DNA of 64,000 nucleotides from Hydrolagus affinis (Eukaryota), in NCBI GenBank assembly GCA_012026655.1, contig JAAILG010000047.1, positions 62,001 through 126,000 of the forward strand, read 5' to 3'. Every line of letters starts with the position of its first letter. Within the stretch, counting starts at the first letter, position 1. A program made the position numbers and the translations under genes. The notes under the pieces were generated by a model. That model was not told the DNA's origin. It did not search any database and saw only the letters and a list, made by a program, of their open reading frames with translations. Positions 59,339-64,000 of the stretch are shown piece by piece.

Positions 59339-61094
59339 TATGTTATAAGACAGAGTTAAATGGAAACCAGGTGTTTCCCCAGAAGGAAATGGAATGAAAC
59401 CTGGAATGTAAGGCCCCTGAGCTGCAGCTCAGACCCCGAGCCCCTGGTTCAAGAGCAGATGAGCCTTAGATTTTGTGAAATAGTTTCAAATACATTTGAG
59501 GATTACAAAAAATGAAAATGACATTGAATCCTATTCCTAATATACCATAGTGCTTCACTTGTATTTTTAAATCAATTTCTCATGTTATTTTTCTACACAA
59601 AGCGCAAAGTAGCAAGCAATAAGCTTTCATTGAAATCTACCAAAGATTTTTCCAGTAACTGGTACCACAATCATTTGGGTGCAGCAGAACCGTTTGATGG
59701 AAGCTGCAAAGGCCCATTTTGTCAATTCTCCCCTCCTTTTACACAGCAGGGTGATTTTGACAGACCAACAAAGAAACTTTAGTTCTCTACTTGCTGATGA
59801 ACAGCCTGTTTTGACATAAGGTCTAAGACTTGTGTTTGCTAGCTCCTGACCCTGCCCACTGTACAGGCCAATGGTGAGAGAGAGTAAAAAATACACTACT
59901 GCCCTGTCCAGGCATAGCTCATCATGCACAAAGCAAGAAAATGTCATAATGATAGTGGGGTCAGCCACGGAGTCCTTTTTGTGTGCTTAGATCCAAGTTA
60001 TGAAAAGTAATGCTTCTCGAGACACCTTCTTGCTTACAGTGCCTCAGTGCTGTTAATGATACTGCTGTTACATAAACACATTGCGAGCAATAAAAGATTG
60101 GGTTCAGGGTGGAATGCTATGAAAGATCTGAGAAAGAGGACTATATAACCGCTACAGACATGAAGGGATTAAAAGCACTAATGCAATAAATGGGCTATTC
60201 ATAGACTAATGTTTTCTTGGAACCACCAAATGACTGTGAAAGGTGGTATAGGTTGTAAGAGCAGCTATATGCAGGAGCACTTTCTACTTTACTGAATGTC
60301 AGTTCTAGATTGCCTACTGTTTTAAGAGAGCACATAACAAGCAACTCTCATTATACTGGAAATGTAATTGACACTGCACTCGTCGGCCAACCATTTCGAT
60401 GCTGGGAGTACTTTCCAAGCTACCAACTACAAGAACCAGAATCAGAAGCTAGTCTAAGCTTCAAAACCCGCTGACCAAAAATAACTTGAGTTTGTTTTAA
60501 GAAATGGTGGGAGCAAAACCAGACACTAATTGCAAATGCACTGAAATTCTAGGCAGTGGAGTCGAGGCTACAGTACCGATGTTGCATTTATTTATTGACC
60601 TTCTAACTTCAGCAGTATCGCTGGAAGGTAAATGCAGAAGTTTTGTTGTCTCCGGATATGACTAGATACACCAAAAGAAGTGATTTTTGTAGCATCTCCA
60701 AAAGACAGCAGTTTAACTGGTGGTAATATAATACCCTATCCTGAGGCACTGGTCATGTTATCTTAAACACGGTGTCCGAGGACTCAGTTTGCCCAGTCAG
60801 ACTTTCTGCTGACAAAAGGCAAAATGTTCCAGACGTTGGAGTAATCTGTGTGCATTCTTCCCAGCCAGGAAAGTCCAGTGGTCTAAAATCAAAGTAGTGT
60901 TTACGGTGAGGTGGAAACTACCCTGCAATGCAAAGAAAACATTCTACGGTAATACGTTCTCAGGATATTTCAGCTATTAATGTAAATGCAGCATAAAATT
61001 CCGAACGACATATGAAACAGGATAAAATGAGACAGGATAAAATAAAACTCATTTGACATTTTAGATGGATGAATAGATTAGCACTCGTTGCCTT

Positions 61095-61340
61095 CGCTCC
61101 ACCGGGTCTGGCCTCCTCCTTGTCCCCAGTATCTTCCGCTCCACCATCGGCGGCCGTGTCTTCAGCCACTACTCCCTGAGGAACTCCCTTTCTCACTCCC
61201 TTCGCTTCGCCCCCCTCTTCGCAATTTCAGGTCTCAGCTAAAGACCTTTCTCTTCACCTTTTTACCCCTGCCCCTGCCCCTGGCTCGGTCCTGGGATCTG
61301 TTATTGTGAAGCGCTCTATGTAAATCAAAGTTGTTGTTGT
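61095..61340 (+). mobile_element. L2 LINE 3' fragment (same subfamily as 6118-6390)
   Basis: ctccaccatcggcggccgtg...[10 protein letters not shown]; tail stem-loop partly deleted; (TTG)n. Confidence 0.88.
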
Positions 61341-64000
61341 AGATTAGGGATAAAATTATATAATGTTAAAAACACATGTGCTCATTCAGGATTGTCATTA
61401 GGGAACAGCTTCCTTCTGCTTTAGAACATAGCTCATTCCTATTGAGAGATATGTACAATTAAAAATATTAAATAAAGTACAAAATAGACTGTATAAGCAC
61501 AGTAGAATGATGTAAAGCTTCCAGCTTAAACCTGAAGTGTACTCCGAAGGATAATTCAAACAATCAAGTACATAGTCAAAGTATTCACCACATTACAACA
61601 CAAATCACTAAGGAGGAATGTTTTCTTTTCTAAGCAGACTGTGCTATCCAGACCATGTGGGTCTTTAGCAATTCCAAACGAATTGTGCATTTGGGAGTCA
61701 GATTCCGTTCTCACATTTCTGGAAAGAAGGGCAAAATACAATTCATTCGAAAACCTTGTCAAGAGCAGCAGCACAATGTCAACTTTGGGCTTTGCAATAG
61801 GGTTGTCACAAACAGTAATTTATTGAAGTCAACCATTCAAACGATCCTCAGTCTGAATAGTCCATTATTTGACCCATTAATAAACTGGGTTCAGACAAAG
61901 GAAGTTTAATACTTTGAACTCATGGGGAGCTCGTGCTAGCTGTCTGGCTTCTCCAGTTGTTGGTGGCTCCCAACCTATATTCATTCTTCCACAGTATTTG
62001 GAAGCAGTTTAAAAGCACAATGACCAATGAGGTACAAATCTAGGTTCTTCATACACAACATTGGCATCTAGTACATTCCTATAATACACCAATGCATAAA
62101 TATGGACTTTCCAAATAATATAAAATGGCTAAGATTAGTGACAGTATATATAATCTAAAGGGGAAAATACAAAAGCAACCAGTAACTAACATAGGTTTCA
62201 AACTTGAGAAAACTTATCTATAACACCCAATTAACCTTTTGACAAGTCTGTACGGGGTAGCTGAACTGTCACTCATGCAGAAAAAAAGAGGCAGATTTAC
62301 AGTCAGGCATGTCATGCCCTGCTGATAACAAAACTCAACCTCTCTTTGTACCCAGAGCACCTTTCTACCAGCTGAAACAACTACTAATCCCCAAAGCATG
62401 CTCAGAACCCCCATCTGTGTTTATTTTGTAACAAAGTGGGGCTTAGTGCAAATTGAAATGTTCATCTACACGTTCTGTGTATACCAGTAAGAGGTTAAGC
62501 TGAATTCGCCTTCTGCAATAGCTCAAATGGATAATAAATATTGTACATAAAGGAAAAAGTTCAAGGCTGCATAGTTCTGGTAAATAACTCAAATGTGTGT
62601 ATATTCCTTGTAGCTGGCTCTTGGCAAGCATTAAAATACATTTATTACAGAATTTAAGTATTTTGTCTTTTGAATTGAACATTCCATGTGTCATATTACC
62701 CTCCCTAGAAATAATTAAAAATAGCAAATGGCAGTCAAGCCACTGGAACTAGTATAATATTAAATACTAAAACACAGGAACCAAGCTATCTTTATCTTTG
62801 TAAAATAGTCTATCCACAGTTTAATTAGCTCTGTAGAAAAACAAATTACTGCTTTTTGGGGGGTGCGATGGTGGGGAGTTTTTTTATTGCCAGCCCAATA
62901 TTGTATCTTCCTCCTAACACAAACAAATTTCGACAGCAAACTATACCCAGAGTCCACTTCATTGATTTCTTATTTTTCTTACCCAATGAACTGTTACATG
63001 CTTAATTTTGACATGCAATTCTTGTGAATGAAAGCAAGGCCGTTACTTGGGACCTGGTCTGAAAATCAGCACAGCAAACCTGAGATTATGAGGGAGCCAA
63101 TACTAGGTCTAGCTGTTTTCTGGGTTAAGATTTGCTAAATTAATAGCCATTCCTGGATCATTGTAAATCTGTCAAAAACCATCAGCTTTCCACATCACTG
63201 TAATACAATGAACAAATAGTTTTTCAATTGGCTTCTAACACAAATATCACTGCTCATTTAACAGTTGTAACAAACCGTACTTTCCGTTTAGGCTCAAAGA
63301 GTTTTGATAGAATGGGTAATCTTAGCAGAGTGGCCAATCTTGGCCAACAAAATAATCATAGAAATAACAAAATAGCATAGATTTATCGAGAAATATTAAA
63401 TCAAAAAACATTTATTTTTTTGCAAAGTGGTTGGCCACTACTGGTTTAGCATCTTCTCAGTTTCACACAAACTCTAGTATCCTGAAGACCATCATTCCTA
63501 TTGTTGATTTTAATTACATTGGACCATAATCACATTTCAGATTAAACTGTGAAGCAACACGAGTCTACATTCAACCCAGCTCAGCTAATGTTGAAAAGGT
63601 TGATTTTAAGTGGAAAAATGGCATGGTGACAGTCACCTATGCTTTAGCTATCAATGTGATAAATATAAAATACTATAAATTAGCAAGGAACGAAGGCAAA
63701 AGTATTCTGTCATACAGCTTTGCTGAACAGAAAGAAGATCTAGGATTCGTGGTGAATATATTTGAGATTTATTTCTTAAATTTGTTTTATTCAAATGAAA
63801 GCAAAATAAGGAATTGGCTGACATTAACAAAGGGACAGGGAAATAAATAGACATTTAATGTAAAGGCCAATTTACAATTAGGAAAATTCCTATCTGGAAT
63901 ACTGTGTGCAGTTTTAGTTACGGATTATTGCCCCTGAGAGGGTACAGAGGAGAACCAAGGTGATTTCATATTTTAGGAATTTAAATTAAGAGGAAATGTT

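Noticed and set aside
60600-60922. Strong minus-strand acceptor in the long SYDE2 intron
   Set aside because: In the required phase it gives an immediate TAG, and there is no convincing donor or homology.

Overview
AT-rich vertebrate genomic DNA, not prokaryotic. The repeat content (tRNA-headed Deu-type SINEs, L2 LINE 3' ends) and compact introns suggest a cartilaginous fish, probably holocephalan-like; the species is an inference. The window holds the conserved block MCOLN2(-), MCOLN3(-), DNAI3/WDR63(+), SYDE2(-, last three coding exons only), the same order and orientation as human 1p22. I rebuilt 50 coding exons by hand with GT-AG boundaries and consistent phases: MCOLN2 about 539 aa (both termini uncertain), MCOLN3 560 or 563 aa, DNAI3 905 aa. 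Most other ORFs in the track are spurious or come from repeats. Non-coding sequence contains many SINE and L2 fragments, three Tigger/pogo-like MITEs, a compound minisatellite and a 100-N assembly gap. I cannot support a wholly new gene system. The best leads are: an early MCOLN2 stop followed by an in-frame tail with a mucolipin-like Cys motif; a Thr-to-Gln change at the MCOLN2 lower gate; a near-perfect 57-bp hairpin between the mucolipin genes; a 140-bp duplication in adjacent MCOLN2 introns; inverted repeats bracketing specific exons; and many retroposon copies made only of the L2 tail stem-loop.
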